DNA from: an uncultured delta proteobacterium
GTDB taxonomy: Bacteria; Desulfobacterota; Desulfomonilia; Desulfomonilales; Desulfomonilaceae
Direction of reading: 5' to 3'
Length of the DNA: 64,000 nt
Assembly (NCBI GenBank): GCA_963789265.1
Contig: CAWBKB010000004.1
Location: 268,586-332,585 of the forward strand
Shown: positions 26,579-37,046 of the stretch, in pieces
Position numbering within the stretch: position 1 is the stretch's first letter
How the letters are laid out: every line of letters begins with the position of its first letter
Notes under the pieces: model-generated
What the model was told of the DNA's origin: nothing
Databases searched by the model: none
Seen by the model: the letters and a program-made list of their open reading frames with translations, nothing else
Translations under genes and position numbers: made by a program

Positions 26579-28219
26579 ATGGAAGATCAGATGTATTGTT
26601 ATCAGTGTGAACAGACAGCTTTCGGCACAGCATGCAACAAAGTCGGTGTCTGCGGCAAGTCACCGGAAGTGGCGGCACTTCAGGACCTTCTCACGTATGC
26701 CCTGAAAGGATTGGCCCTGTATGCAGTGGAAGGCCGCAAAGTAGGTGTAACGGACCGTGAGGTCAATGTCTTCACGGTGGAGGCGCTCTTTTCGACCCTG
26801 ACCAATGTCGATTTCGATGCAGCACGGTTTGTGCCGCTGATCCAACGTGCGGTAGCCCTGCGAGAGAGCCTGAAAGAGAAGGTCAAGGCAGCGGGGGGCA
26901 AGGTGGATTTTTCCGAGGACGTGGCAAAATTTACCCCCGCTGATTCGATGAACGGGATGTTAAAGCAGGCAGAGGGAGTTGGTTTCAGGCCCACTACCCT
27001 ACTTGATCCAGACATACGCTCCCTTCAGCATACACTGATTCTCGGCCTGAGAGGAGTCGCTGCTTATGCGGACCATGCGCAGATCCTCGGCCAGGAGGAT
27101 GACGCCGTGTACGCGTTTATCCATGAGGGGCTTGCAGCCACACTCAACGGCAAGCTCACGCTCAACGATTGGATAGGGCTGGTTCTTAAATGCGGAGAAA
27201 TCAACCTCAGAACCATGGAACTGCTCGACGCGGCCAACACCGGAACTTATGGCCATCCCGTCCCCACAAAAGTCCCTCTGGGTGCCAAGAAAGGGAAAGC
27301 GATCCTCGTATCCGGACACGACCTGAAGGACCTGGAAGAGTTACTCAAGCAGACTGAGGGCAAGGGAATCAACGTGTACACCCACGGTGAAATGTTGCCC
27401 ACTCACGGCTATCCCGAGCTCAAAAAATATTCCCATTTCTACGGGCATTACGGGACAGCGTGGCAGAACCAGCGCAAGGAATTTGCCGAATTCCCGGGCG
27501 CGATCTTGATGACCACCAACTGCATTCAAAGGCCCAAAGAAAGCTACATGGACAACATCTTTACCACCGGCCTCGTAGGGTGGCCGGGCGCGAAGCACAT
27601 TCCGACCCAAAACTTCGCTCCGGTAATAGAGAAGGCCCTTGAAATGTCGGGTTTCACCGAGGACATCAACGGAAAGGCCGTTATGTGCGGGTTCGGCAGA
27701 AACGCGGTCATGTCGGTAGCCGGGCAGGTTATCGACGCGGTGAAGAACGGGGCCATCCGGCATTTCTTCCTGGTTGCAGGATGTGACGGAGCCAAGCCTG
27801 GCCGCAATTACTACACCGAGTTCGTGGAGAAGGTGCCCGAAGACTGCGTCGTCTTGACGCTCGCCTGCGGAAAGTTCCGGTTCTTCGATAAGGATCTTGG
27901 GGACATAGGAGGTATCCCGAGGCTCCTGGATGTAGGTCAGTGCAACGACGCATATTCCGCCATCCAGATAGCGATTGCGCTTTCCAAAGCCTTCAACGTA
28001 AGCGTGAACGAACTTCCACTTTCTCTCGTGCTCTCATGGTACGAGCAGAAAGCAGTGGCCATTCTGCTGACTCTCCTGCACCTCGGGATCAAGGGGATTC
28101 GTCTTGGCCCCAGCCTGCCGGCGTTTATCACTCCCAATGTACTGGACGTGCTGGTGAAGAACTTCGATATAAAGCCCATCACCACACCGGATGAGGACTT
28201 GAAGGCCATTCTGGGATAA
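26579..28219 (+). CDS. hcp: Hybrid cluster protein (hydroxylamine/NO reductase)
   Basis: CYQCEQT..C..GVCGK, SGHDL, THGEMLP, TTNC, GCDG, LACGK, GQCND, WYEQKA. Confidence 0.97.
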   Translation: MEDQMYCYQCEQTAFGTACNKVGVCGKSPEVAALQDLLTYALKGLALYAVEGRKVGVTDREVNVFTVEALFSTLTNVDFDAARFVPLIQRAVALRESLKEKVKAAGGKVDFSEDVAKFTPADSMNGMLKQAEGVGFRPTTLLDPDIRSLQHTLILGLRGVAAYADHAQILGQEDDAVYAFIHEGLAATLNGKLTLNDWIGLVLKCGEINLRTMELLDAANTGTYGHPVPTKVPLGAKKGKAILVSGHDLKDLEELLKQTEGKGINVYTHGEMLPTHGYPELKKYSHFYGHYGTAWQNQRKEFAEFPGAILMTTNCIQRPKESYMDNIFTTGLVGWPGAKHIPTQNFAPVIEKALEMSGFTEDINGKAVMCGFGRNAVMSVAGQVIDAVKNGAIRHFFLVAGCDGAKPGRNYYTEFVEKVPEDCVVLTLACGKFRFFDKDLGDIGGIPRLLDVGQCNDAYSAIQIAIALSKAFNVSVNELPLSLVLSWYEQKAVAILLTLLHLGIKGIRLGPSLPAFITPNVLDVLVKNFDIKPITTPDEDLKAILG

Positions 28220-28290
28220 ATTACATGGGGCGGGTCACACCGCCCCTTTCCAACCATTGCGATTCGGGCTGATGGAAAGAGAGATTAACA

Positions 28291-29052
28291 ATGAAATGCC
28301 CGGGACAAGACCCACGCTACTGGAAATTTGATGCCATATTTGAAACCGAGTGTCCCAACTGCGGTGCCGCGGTTGAATTTTTCAAAGACGAAACGAGGCG
28401 CAAATGCAGGAAGTGCGGGCATAAGGTGCTTAATCCAAAGATGGACTTCGGTTGTGCAGCCCACTGCAAATTCGCGGAACATTGCTTTGGAGACCTCCCA
28501 CCCGAGCTGTTGAAGCAGAAAGAGGACCTCTTCAAAGACCGGGTTGCGGTGGCGATGAAGCTTTATTTCAAGCAGGATTTCAAACGAATCGGCCATGCCG
28601 GCAGAGTCGCCCGTTATGCGGAAAGGCTGGTCCAAGAGGAAAAGGGCGATCCAGCGATTGTTCTTGCCGCGGCCTATTTGCACGACATCGGCATCAAGAA
28701 GGCCGAGGAAAAACATGGCAGTACAGAGTCACGTTATCAGGAGGAAGAAGGGCCGCAAGTCGCACGTGAGATCCTGACGAACCTGGACGCCACGGAAGCA
28801 CTGATCGACGAAGTTTGCGACATCGTCGGCCACCACCACCATCCCCGGCCTCAAGAGACTGTCAACTTTAAGATAGTTTACGACGCTGATGTGCTGACGA
28901 ATATTGAGGAAAAGCAAAAAAAGGTCCCAATGGCGGCTGAAAAGCTGGCAGAGCTTATCGATTCAAAATTCCTAACTGGATGTGGCCGCGAACTGGCACG
29001 CAGCGTTCTGCTCAATGGGGCGAACGCAAAAAATGCGGTTTGGGGATACTGA
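28291..29052 (+). CDS. HD-domain phosphohydrolase with N-terminal Cys-rich domain
   Basis: MKCPGQD..CPNC..CRKC..C..C..C, then H..LHDIG..HHHH..DAD. Confidence 0.85.
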   Translation: MKCPGQDPRYWKFDAIFETECPNCGAAVEFFKDETRRKCRKCGHKVLNPKMDFGCAAHCKFAEHCFGDLPPELLKQKEDLFKDRVAVAMKLYFKQDFKRIGHAGRVARYAERLVQEEKGDPAIVLAAAYLHDIGIKKAEEKHGSTESRYQEEEGPQVAREILTNLDATEALIDEVCDIVGHHHHPRPQETVNFKIVYDADVLTNIEEKQKKVPMAAEKLAELIDSKFLTGCGRELARSVLLNGANAKNAVWGY

Positions 29053-29208
29053 TTTTGTGAAGATAGTGCTCGTGATAGGCATTAGCGAGGCTGATAAAGA
29101 CTGACTTTTCGCTAATCCCGGACAGTGAGAGAGGATCTACAACCCTCTCTGTTGGTAGGACCGGCATCTTGCCCGTTATTCGTCCCCCCAGACTGCGATT
29201 CGGGGATC

Positions 29209-29257
29209 GTAGGGGCGACCGGCGGTCGCCCACAGGGCGAATGCCATTCGCCCCTAC
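29209..29257. repeat. GTAG-type REP doublet
   Basis: GTAGGGGCGACCGGCGGTCGCCC...GGGCGAATGCCATTCGCCCCTAC. Confidence 0.75.
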
Positions 29258-29387
29258 AATTGCCCGCTTACGCGAGCACGATGACCGGCAATCCCGCCCG
29301 GGCGAGACTGTCGCACCGCGACTCCAAATGCGACAACGTACTAACGAAACCAAGTACTAAGACAGACGGTTCCAGGAGATTACGGAG

Positions 29388-30143
29388 ATGAAAACGAAAC
29401 GCAAGATTATCCAAATAAACAAGGATCTTTGTGACGGCTGCGGCCAGTGCATCATTTCGTGCGCGGAAGGGGCTTTAGAACTGGTGGACGGAAAGGTGAG
29501 CCTCGTGTCGGAGAAGTACTGTGACGGCCTCGGCGCGTGTTTGGGCGAATGTCCCACAGGAGCACTTCAAGTCATTGAACGACAGGCTGAAGATTTTGAC
29601 GAGGAAGCGGTGGAGGAGTACTTGAAGGCAGGGAAAGAAGTCGAAGAACCGGCCGCTCTGACGTTGGCGTGCGGTTGTCCGTCCGCGACAGTCCAAAACT
29701 TTGCGCAGGCTGCTTCCTGTCAACAGGCCAACGAACCTGTATCGCAGGTGAACGCTGCTTCAGCTTTATCACATTGGCCGGTGCAGATAAGGCTTGTACC
29801 GCCGTCTGCTCCGTTCCTAAAGAATGCAGATCTCCTTGTGGCAGCAGACTGTACACCTGTGGCTTATCCGAACTTTCACCGTGATTTCCTGAAGGGTAGG
29901 GCGGTGATGGTCGGCTGTCCCAAGTTCGACGATGTTCAGGGTTACATAGATAAGTTTGCGCAAATCTTCAGCAACACGTCCATAAAGAGCATAACTGTGG
30001 TTGTCATGGAGGTCCCTTGCTGCTCCGGCTTGCCCGTGATTGTTAAAAGGGCAATGCAGTTAGCTGGGAAGAGCGTTCCAATGGACCAGGTCGTCATCAG
30101 CTCCAGAGGGGAAATCCTGAAAAGAGAAAAATTGGTTGCGTGA
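29388..30143 (+). CDS. hcp-associated 4Fe-4S ferredoxin-like protein (FrdX-like)
   Basis: CDGCGQC...C, CDGLGAC...CP, WPVQ, AADC, GCPK, MEVPCC. Confidence 0.88.
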   Translation: MKTKRKIIQINKDLCDGCGQCIISCAEGALELVDGKVSLVSEKYCDGLGACLGECPTGALQVIERQAEDFDEEAVEEYLKAGKEVEEPAALTLACGCPSATVQNFAQAASCQQANEPVSQVNAASALSHWPVQIRLVPPSAPFLKNADLLVAADCTPVAYPNFHRDFLKGRAVMVGCPKFDDVQGYIDKFAQIFSNTSIKSITVVVMEVPCCSGLPVIVKRAMQLAGKSVPMDQVVISSRGEILKREKLVA

Positions 30144-30232
30144 TGCAGCGGTTCTGGAGACATTCAGAGCAGGTGAATTTGTGAGCACAAATTGTTTGAT
30201 TTTGAGACGTCGCTCTGGGAAGGAGCAAGCAA

Positions 30233-30787
30233 ATGAAAGCAACAGAGCAACTGAGGAATGAGCACGAAGGAATAAAGTTGATGATGCGCATACTGGAGAA
30301 GCTCTCCGAGAAGCTCGAAGCCGGCGAGGATGTTGAAGCGGACCATCTAGAAAAGATAGTAGAGTTCTTCAGAATTTTTGCAGACAGGTGCCATCACGGT
30401 AAAGAGGAAGACATCCTGTTTCCCGCGATGGAAGCGGCGGGCATCCCAAAGGAAGGCGGCCCTATCGGAGTAATGCTTCTGGAGCACGATCAGGGTCGAG
30501 GTTATGTAAAGGGCATGGCCGATGCGACTGCCAAATACAAGGCCGGCGACCGAAAAGCCGCCCCGGTTATTGCATCCAATGCCCGAAACTATATTGCCTT
30601 ATTGACCCAACATATCGAAAAGGAAAACCAGGTCCTGTTCCCAATGGCCGATTCTCATCTACCTGCGGAACAACAGGACTCAATATTTGAAGCATTCGAG
30701 AAAATAGAAGTGGAGAAGATCGGAGTGGGCAAGCACGAGGAATTCCATCATCTGCTCGATAACTTGACGGCAGTCTATTTGAAGTAA
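30233..30787 (+). CDS. Hemerythrin-like (HHE cation-binding) protein
   Basis: LRNEH, CHHGKEE..LFP, EH, HIEKEN..LFP. Confidence 0.9.
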   Translation: MKATEQLRNEHEGIKLMMRILEKLSEKLEAGEDVEADHLEKIVEFFRIFADRCHHGKEEDILFPAMEAAGIPKEGGPIGVMLLEHDQGRGYVKGMADATAKYKAGDRKAAPVIASNARNYIALLTQHIEKENQVLFPMADSHLPAEQQDSIFEAFEKIEVEKIGVGKHEEFHHLLDNLTAVYLK

Positions 30788-30982
30788 TCGCTACATTGGC
30801 TGGATTCGGCACGGATCTGACCGAGCCCACGTGAGATGCGAGATGACATCCAGAACCCGATGTTGACCTTATGCTGAGTGCAACTGCCCTGAGACTAATC
30901 CCGGACACCAAGGTACTTGTGAGGCTGGCTAGACTTCAGTACAATAGGTGTATGACAAAGGCTAGATCGATGGGAGCAATGT

Positions 30983-31189
30983 ATGGAAACTGTAACTGTT
31001 TCTCCAAAATTCCAAGTTGTGATCCCCAAGAAAGTACGGGACGTCCTCGGCCTCCAAGTGGGGCATAAAGTCCGGGTGATGGTCTTCGACAACCGCATCG
31101 AGTTAATTCCAATCAGACCTATGCAGGATGCTCGCGGCTTTCTGAAAGGCATTGACACGAGCATCAAACGGGAGCCGGATCGCTTATGA
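30983..31189 (+). CDS. vapB: AbrB/MazE-type antitoxin
   Basis: VSPKFQVVIPKKVR; overlaps the PIN toxin gene. Confidence 0.85.
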   Translation: METVTVSPKFQVVIPKKVRDVLGLQVGHKVRVMVFDNRIELIPIRPMQDARGFLKGIDTSIKREPDRL

Positions 31190-31572
31190 ACGTCGTTGAT
31201 TCATCGGGCTGGCTGGAATACTTTGCGGACGGGTTGAATGCTGATTTCTTTGCTCCAGCTATCGAGAATGCCGCGGAATTGATTGTTCCTACCATAAGCA
31301 TATATCAAGTGTTTAAGCGCGTCAGGCAGCAGCGAAGTGAAAACGAGGCGTTGCAGGCCGCTGTGACAATGCAGGCAGGAATTGTTGTCGATCTGGACGT
31401 TATGTTGGCGCTAGAGGCAGCGAAGCTATCTTGGCAATTGAAGCTGCCAATGGCGGATAGCATCATTTTGGCGACAGCCCAGATATATAAAGCTGATTTG
31501 TGGACGCAAGACATTGATTTCAAAGAAATCGCAGGCGTAAGATACATTGAAAGAATCAGTAGGCCTGGATAA
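31186..31572 (+). CDS. vapC: PIN-domain toxin
   Basis: VVDSSGW, ADSIILATA, WTQD. Confidence 0.88.
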   Translation: MNVVDSSGWLEYFADGLNADFFAPAIENAAELIVPTISIYQVFKRVRQQRSENEALQAAVTMQAGIVVDLDVMLALEAAKLSWQLKLPMADSIILATAQIYKADLWTQDIDFKEIAGVRYIERISRPG

Positions 31573-31605
31573 TTGATGACCGTGCTCAGTTCATAAAACT
31601 GGCCA

Positions 31606-32709
31606 CTAATGCGCACGCGAGTGGATGGGCATTGGTGGCGCATTCGCATCGTTTCGACCCTCATCAATTTCACGAGGCTGGAGTATGCTCGCCAGGTTGG
31701 TAACATTTTTAACGTCTGCTGCCTTGGCAAATGTGTCGTCCACCAACCCTTGAATATCATTGTGATCCAGGAGCTTGAACCTAACCATCTGGTCCGCCAG
31801 AAACTGCATCTCGTCTGCTTTGGGAACAAATTTATCGTATACTATTCTGTTTGGCGGAGTCTTCAGAGCATATTCCACAAGATCGACCGGCTGGTTCCAA
31901 TATTTGGAAGCTATGTTTGCGGCCTCCTCGGGATGGCTTTTGGCCCAGTAGCCCGACCTCGCTGCACCTTGAACCAGCATTTCGACCCGCTCGGGATATT
32001 TTTTCGCGTAATGTTGTTTTACCAGGAGAACATTGCAGATGAACCCGGGCCAAACCTGTTCGACGTAATACAGCACCTTCGATTCTCCCGTACGTATTGT
32101 TTTGGCGGCAAAAGGCTCGCCCACAAAATACGCGTCCAACGAACCGGAAGCCAGTGCCGCGGGCATGTCCGGAGGATTCATTTCCACAATGTTGAGATCT
32201 TGTCCCGTAATGCTGTATTTTTTCGCCAACATTCGGGCACACACGTTGTGACCCGAGTAACGTTGAGGCACTGCAATTGATTTGCCGGCCAGATCTGCAA
32301 AGGAATTGATCTTTAGATCTTTCCTGTAGACCAGGGTGCTCTCGTGACGATTGCCGATGTATACTACCTTCACTGCGACACCCTGCTGGTGCAGCACAAT
32401 AGAGAGTGGAGCAATTATAAACGCGGCCTGTATATAATCGTTGCGAAGCGCTTCGCCCATGTCGGCAAAGGATGAAAATTTCAACGCCTCGAATCGAAGT
32501 CCCTTACTGTCCTTGCTCACATAGTCGAGAATCGGAGCCGCCAGATTGGTGATAACGGGCATGTACCCCATGCGGAGCACCTGCGCCGGATCGCTCTCAT
32601 AGTTCAAAGTGTAGTGGAAATAGGAGATCAGTACGAGCCATCCAAAAGCGATCAAGCCGATCTTCCATCCGGTCGGCATGCAAACCGCGGGACCCAAGCT
32701 AAAGCGCAT
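31606..32709 (-). CDS. NitT/TauT-family ABC substrate-binding protein
   Basis: N-terminal anchor; GYMPV, DLAGKSIAVP, DAYFVGEPF. Confidence 0.85.
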   Translation of the reverse strand: MRFSLGPAVCMPTGWKIGLIAFGWLVLISYFHYTLNYESDPAQVLRMGYMPVITNLAAPILDYVSKDSKGLRFEALKFSSFADMGEALRNDYIQAAFIIAPLSIVLHQQGVAVKVVYIGNRHESTLVYRKDLKINSFADLAGKSIAVPQRYSGHNVCARMLAKKYSITGQDLNIVEMNPPDMPAALASGSLDAYFVGEPFAAKTIRTGESKVLYYVEQVWPGFICNVLLVKQHYAKKYPERVEMLVQGAARSGYWAKSHPEEAANIASKYWNQPVDLVEYALKTPPNRIVYDKFVPKADEMQFLADQMVRFKLLDHNDIQGLVDDTFAKAADVKNVTNLASILQPREIDEGRNDANAPPMPIHSRAH

Positions 32710-33499
32710 AGTGGACTCCCAGCTCCTGGTAGACTTCTCGCCGAAGGTCCTCTAACTGAGAATCACATACAAAATCACGCGGATGAGGAGATTCCAACTT
32801 GGTGTCGAGCTTGACCCTCGCCGGACGATCCGTGAAAAGGACCACGCGATCGGCCATTATAAGCGCTTCCTCTATATCGTGGGTTATGAAGATGATCGTC
32901 TTGCCGATCAGTTGGTGCATATTGATTACTTCCTCCCGCATCTTGAGGCGAGTAAGGAAGTCCAGCCCGGCAAACGGCTCGTCCATAAACAGGACTTCGG
33001 GATTGACGACGAGCGCCCGCGCAAGTTCCGCGCGACGCTGCATGCCTCCAGACAACTGATGCGGATAGTGATCTTCAAAGCCGGTGAGATTCACCGCATC
33101 TATATATTCCTGAACCAACTCGGTCATCTTGCCGTTGTCTTTGACGTGGCGCAGGCCCAAGCCGACGTTCTCTCGTACAGTCATCCAGGGGAAAAGGCTA
33201 TTGTGTTGGAATACGAAAATATTATCCGAGCTGGGCCCGACCACTTCCTTTCCGTCAATCAGGACGGACCCTGAAGTTAGTTTCTCAAAGCCGGCAATAA
33301 TGTTCGCCAATGTGGATTTACCGCAACCTGAAGGGCCCAGGACGCAGACTAGTTCGCCGTCCTGAAATTCCAAATTGATGTTGTCGAGCACCTGTAGCGG
33401 TTCGCATCCAAGCATGTCCCGGTTCGATTTCCGCAAACGCCGCGCGTAGCGACTTTCTACAAAATGCTTACAAAGATCTTTGATACGCACATGTCCCAT
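32699..33499 (-). CDS. NitT/TauT-family ABC ATPase
   Basis: GPSGCGKST, LSGGMQ, MDEPF, ITHD. Confidence 0.92.
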   Translation of the reverse strand: MGHVRIKDLCKHFVESRYARRLRKSNRDMLGCEPLQVLDNINLEFQDGELVCVLGPSGCGKSTLANIIAGFEKLTSGSVLIDGKEVVGPSSDNIFVFQHNSLFPWMTVRENVGLGLRHVKDNGKMTELVQEYIDAVNLTGFEDHYPHQLSGGMQRRAELARALVVNPEVLFMDEPFAGLDFLTRLKMREEVINMHQLIGKTIIFITHDIEEALIMADRVVLFTDRPARVKLDTKLESPHPRDFVCDSQLEDLRREVYQELGVHYAL

Positions 33500-33500
33500 T

Positions 33501-34295
33501 TCAAGTCGAGCCCCACGAGACGGATTTGATCCTCTTGAGTTGGCTGATAAGCCTGTCAAGGCAAATGCCGATAATGCCTATGGCTATCATCGCATCCATG
33601 ACGTAATCCATGCGAAGTGCATTTCGCGAATCGAGAATCAAGTAGCCCAAGCCCGATTTCACGGCAATCATCTCAGCAGCCACCACGACGAGCCAAGCAA
33701 TGCCCAGGCTTATACGAAGCGCAGGCAGGATGGAGGGAAGTATAGCGGGAAAGATTAGTTTTGTCCCCATTTCGAGCTTTGTGAAATTAAAGTTTGCCGC
33801 GACTTGAAAGTAGATAGGGTTGATTCGGTTGACTGCTGTGATGGTAGAGATCAGCAGTGGAAAGAAGCTTGATAAGAAAATAAGAAATATTGCAGGCTTG
33901 TCACCTATCCCAAACCACAGCATGGCCAGCGGGATCCACGCGAGGGGCGAAATCGGCCTCAGGAACTCAATCATCGAATTGAAAAGAACTTGCCCGCTTT
34001 CCCACCAACCCAGAATTATGCCAAGGGGGATTGCAACAATTACCGCCAAATAGAATCCCACGGTCACTCGAAAGAGACTGGCCACCGAGTGCTTCAGAAG
34101 AGTCCCGTTCAGAATAAGGTCCCACATGCCCCATGCCGCCCCGCGAGGCCCGGGAAAAACCGCGGGGCTCCAGCCGCTGTACAGCGCCAGCAGTTCCCAG
34201 ACGGCCCCTACGGCGACGAATACCAGGAGAGGGAGGAAGAATCGCCTTAGTCGGTCATAGTGCATGTCTTGTCCCGGTAGAGCCTGGGTAGGCAT
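33501..34295 (-). CDS. NitT/TauT-family ABC permease
   Basis: LRPISPLAWIP, VVAAEMI..SGLG. Confidence 0.9.
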   Translation of the reverse strand: MPTQALPGQDMHYDRLRRFFLPLLVFVAVGAVWELLALYSGWSPAVFPGPRGAAWGMWDLILNGTLLKHSVASLFRVTVGFYLAVIVAIPLGIILGWWESGQVLFNSMIEFLRPISPLAWIPLAMLWFGIGDKPAIFLIFLSSFFPLLISTITAVNRINPIYFQVAANFNFTKLEMGTKLIFPAILPSILPALRISLGIAWLVVVAAEMIAVKSGLGYLILDSRNALRMDYVMDAMIAIGIIGICLDRLISQLKRIKSVSWGST

Positions 34296-34334
34296 GATGG
34301 GTTTTTGGGACGGATAAGAAACAGCAAGTTGTTC

Positions 34335-34730
34335 TTAAACGTTCACGCACGGTTGGCGAGGCACTGTCATTGCGTCCGGCTTCTAGCGGGATGAAGCAAT
34401 CCCTTCTTCGGTTGGACAGGCATCTTGCCCGTCATTTAGCGACAGGCAGGATGCCTGTCCAACCAAGATCCTAAGCTGGACTCCGGACTTGGGATCGTAA
34501 GTGACGGCTTCATCTTCGCAAATCAAACAAGAATTTCGACAATTATTGTAGCAGCTTTCCTGTGAACAGGAAACGGCGAGTTCTGTTTAAACGTTCAAGT
34601 GCGGATGGCGAGAGATTGTCATTGCGACTCCGGCCTCCAGTGGGACGAAGAAATCTCTTCTTCGGTGGGACGGGCATCTTGCCCGTCATTAAGCGACAGG
34701 CAGGATGCCTGTTCCACCAAGATCTCAAGC
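34335..34730. repeat. Two direct copies (34335-34476, 34587-34730) of a composite RPE half plus REP doublet
   Basis: Both read TTAAACGTTCA..TGTCATTGCG..GAAG(C/A)AATC..CTTCTTCGGT..GGCATCTTGCCCGTCATT..GACAGGCAGGATGCCTGT..ACCAAGATC. Confidence 0.8.
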
Positions 34731-34748
34731 TCATAATGCACCCAGCAA

Positions 34749-36500
34749 TCACCCCTCGGAGAACCCAAGGGACTTCATATAGTGTTTCAGGGAGTATCGC
34801 GATATGCCCAAAAGGCGAGCAGCGCCGGTTCTGCTGCCGCCAGACTTGTGTAGGGCCTGGTTTACCAGAAACCGTTTTACTTCCTGGGTAATTTCATTCA
34901 GAGAGTCATCGCATGGAAAACAGACAGTGAAGGCCGACTTGCTGTTGCCATTGTTGGCCTCCTCCCGCGGACGTAGCCCTATGTCTGCAACATCGAGGTC
35001 TTTCCCTTGCGAGAGTATCAAATCTCTTTCCAGTACATTGCGCAACTCTCTCACATTACCGGGCCAACTGTACTTTTTGAGGGCGTTCATGGCTGCGGGG
35101 GTAACCGCGGGTGTCTGCTGAAGGTGCAGTTCATTCCGAAGTTGGAACAGAATTTCCTGAACCAGGACTGGGATGTCTTCTTGCCTGTCTCGAAGCGGCG
35201 GGAGCCTAATGGTCATCACGTTGAGCCTGAAGTAAAGGTCCTTTCGAAACCGACTCTCCAGCACTTCTTTCTCCAGGTCCCTGTTGGTGGCTGCAATAAG
35301 TCTTGCATTGACTGTGATCTCCTTTTCGCCGCCCACCCTGGTAAATTTGCGGGTGTCAAGGAACGTCAGCAGCTTTGCCTGCAAAGCGAGGGAAAGTTCG
35401 CCAATCTCGTTTAACAGCAGGGTGCCGCCTTCTGCCAATTCAAGGAGACCCCGTTTTCGGCTGTGCGCTCCCGTAAAAGCACCCTTCTCATGACCGAAGA
35501 GTTCCGATTCCGCAAGCTGGGGTGCTATTGCAGCACAGTTCACGGAAAGATAGGGGCCGTTGGAGCGATCCGAACGGTTATGAATGTACTGCGAGAGGTA
35601 GTCCTTTCCGCTGCCGCTCTCGCCGGCAATCAAAATGATACTTGCCCTCTTGGCAACCATAGCCGCCTTACTCAGAGTGGATCGCATTGCCTTGGAGGGA
35701 TAGTTTCCCGCTATTTCGGGAGAAGGTTCACGCCTCTTCCGGTCAGTGATATCGCGAGATATGCCCAAGATACCCATGATCTCCCCGGACTCGTCTCTTA
35801 GCGGAACCCTGGTGTCGAGGAAGGTCATCGAGACGCCATTAATACTCCTGGTGTTTTCCTCCTCTATTGTCTCTCCGGTCAAGACACGCATCTCTATTTC
35901 TCCGATACGATCGGAACCGTCGTGGCCGAACAAATTTTCGTACCGGAGCCCAATGATTTCAGATGCAGGACGTCCTACGAGCCGTTCATAGGCTGGGTTC
36001 ACATCGATATATCTCAACGACCAATCCTTTAAGAAAATGTAGTCCTCAGCTTTTTCAAAGATCGTTCTGAATCGCCGTTCGCTTTGGCGCAAAGCTTCCT
36101 GGGCTCGCTTATGTTTAAACGACAGATCCCATTCCCGTAGGGCTCGCTCGGCGATGCGAGGCATGGCAGTGAAAGCAGACGGTGACTTCACCACATAGTC
36201 TAAGGCACCCGCTTTCATAGCCTCAACCGCGATCTTTTCGTTCCCGTGGCTGGTCATCAGAATAAAGGGGAAAAGTTCCCTGTCAGACGGCAGAAGATCA
36301 ATGCCTTTGCCGTCCGGTAATAGCCAATCGGCTATGACAAGATGAGGGGTAGACTTCTCCAGAGACGCCACTGCCTCTTGGATGCTGGGGACCCACTCCA
36401 ACTGGACAATGGTGCAGTTTTTCCGAAACGCACGACGCACTGCTTCTGCATGTGCCTCGTCATCTTCGACCAGCAATATGTTGACGGTTTCCCTCGCCAT
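34749..36500 (-). CDS. sigma54-dependent activator (REC-PAS-AAA+-Fis HTH)
   Basis: Receiver and PAS domains; GESGSGK, GAFTGA, FRKDLYFRLN, WPGNVREL, AARLLGIS. Confidence 0.92.
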   Translation of the reverse strand: MARETVNILLVEDDEAHAEAVRRAFRKNCTIVQLEWVPSIQEAVASLEKSTPHLVIADWLLPDGKGIDLLPSDRELFPFILMTSHGNEKIAVEAMKAGALDYVVKSPSAFTAMPRIAERALREWDLSFKHKRAQEALRQSERRFRTIFEKAEDYIFLKDWSLRYIDVNPAYERLVGRPASEIIGLRYENLFGHDGSDRIGEIEMRVLTGETIEEENTRSINGVSMTFLDTRVPLRDESGEIMGILGISRDITDRKRREPSPEIAGNYPSKAMRSTLSKAAMVAKRASIILIAGESGSGKDYLSQYIHNRSDRSNGPYLSVNCAAIAPQLAESELFGHEKGAFTGAHSRKRGLLELAEGGTLLLNEIGELSLALQAKLLTFLDTRKFTRVGGEKEITVNARLIAATNRDLEKEVLESRFRKDLYFRLNVMTIRLPPLRDRQEDIPVLVQEILFQLRNELHLQQTPAVTPAAMNALKKYSWPGNVRELRNVLERDLILSQGKDLDVADIGLRPREEANNGNSKSAFTVCFPCDDSLNEITQEVKRFLVNQALHKSGGSRTGAARLLGISRYSLKHYMKSLGFSEG

Positions 36501-36514
36501 TTCGGAGCCCCTTT

Positions 36515-36973
36515 TCAGCCGGCTGTATCTTGAACAAAGGGATTGACGTTCCACCCCAGCCAGTAGAATCCCAGTTCTCGCATCAGTTCAGTGAACTTTT
36601 TGAAATCCAGCGGTTTGGACAGGTAACTGTTCGCATAATGATCGTACGCCATGGCCACGTCATTCTCTTCCTCGGAACTCGTCAAGACCACAACCGGAAT
36701 TCGGCGTAGCTCTTCGCTTTCTTTTATCTCTTTGAGGACGTCCAAGCCGTCTATCTTCGGTAAACGGAGATCCAGAAGGATCAAGTGCGGTCGGGGACTT
36801 TTCTTGGAATCGGTGTATTTTCCTCGTCGGAAGAGGTAATCCAGGGCCGCTTCTCCATCAGTTACGTGTAGAACAGGGTTGGCCACATGGTTTGCTCTGA
36901 GACTCCGCTTAACCATCTCTGCATGGTCCTCGTTGTCTTCCACCAACAAAATCATCAAGCTTTCACCTTTCAT
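36515..36973 (-). CDS. Rcp1-like single-domain response regulator
   Basis: LLVEDN, LLDLRLPK, VLTSS, ANSYLSKP, YW. Confidence 0.9.
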   Translation of the reverse strand: MKGESLMILLVEDNEDHAEMVKRSLRANHVANPVLHVTDGEAALDYLFRRGKYTDSKKSPRPHLILLDLRLPKIDGLDVLKEIKESEELRRIPVVVLTSSEEENDVAMAYDHYANSYLSKPLDFKKFTELMRELGFYWLGWNVNPFVQDTAG

Positions 36974-37046
36974 GGCCATGACTCCTTTCATTCGACCACA
37001 GGAATGCTGTTTGTTTCTCTCGCCCTTCAGTTGAGAGTCACGCTCC

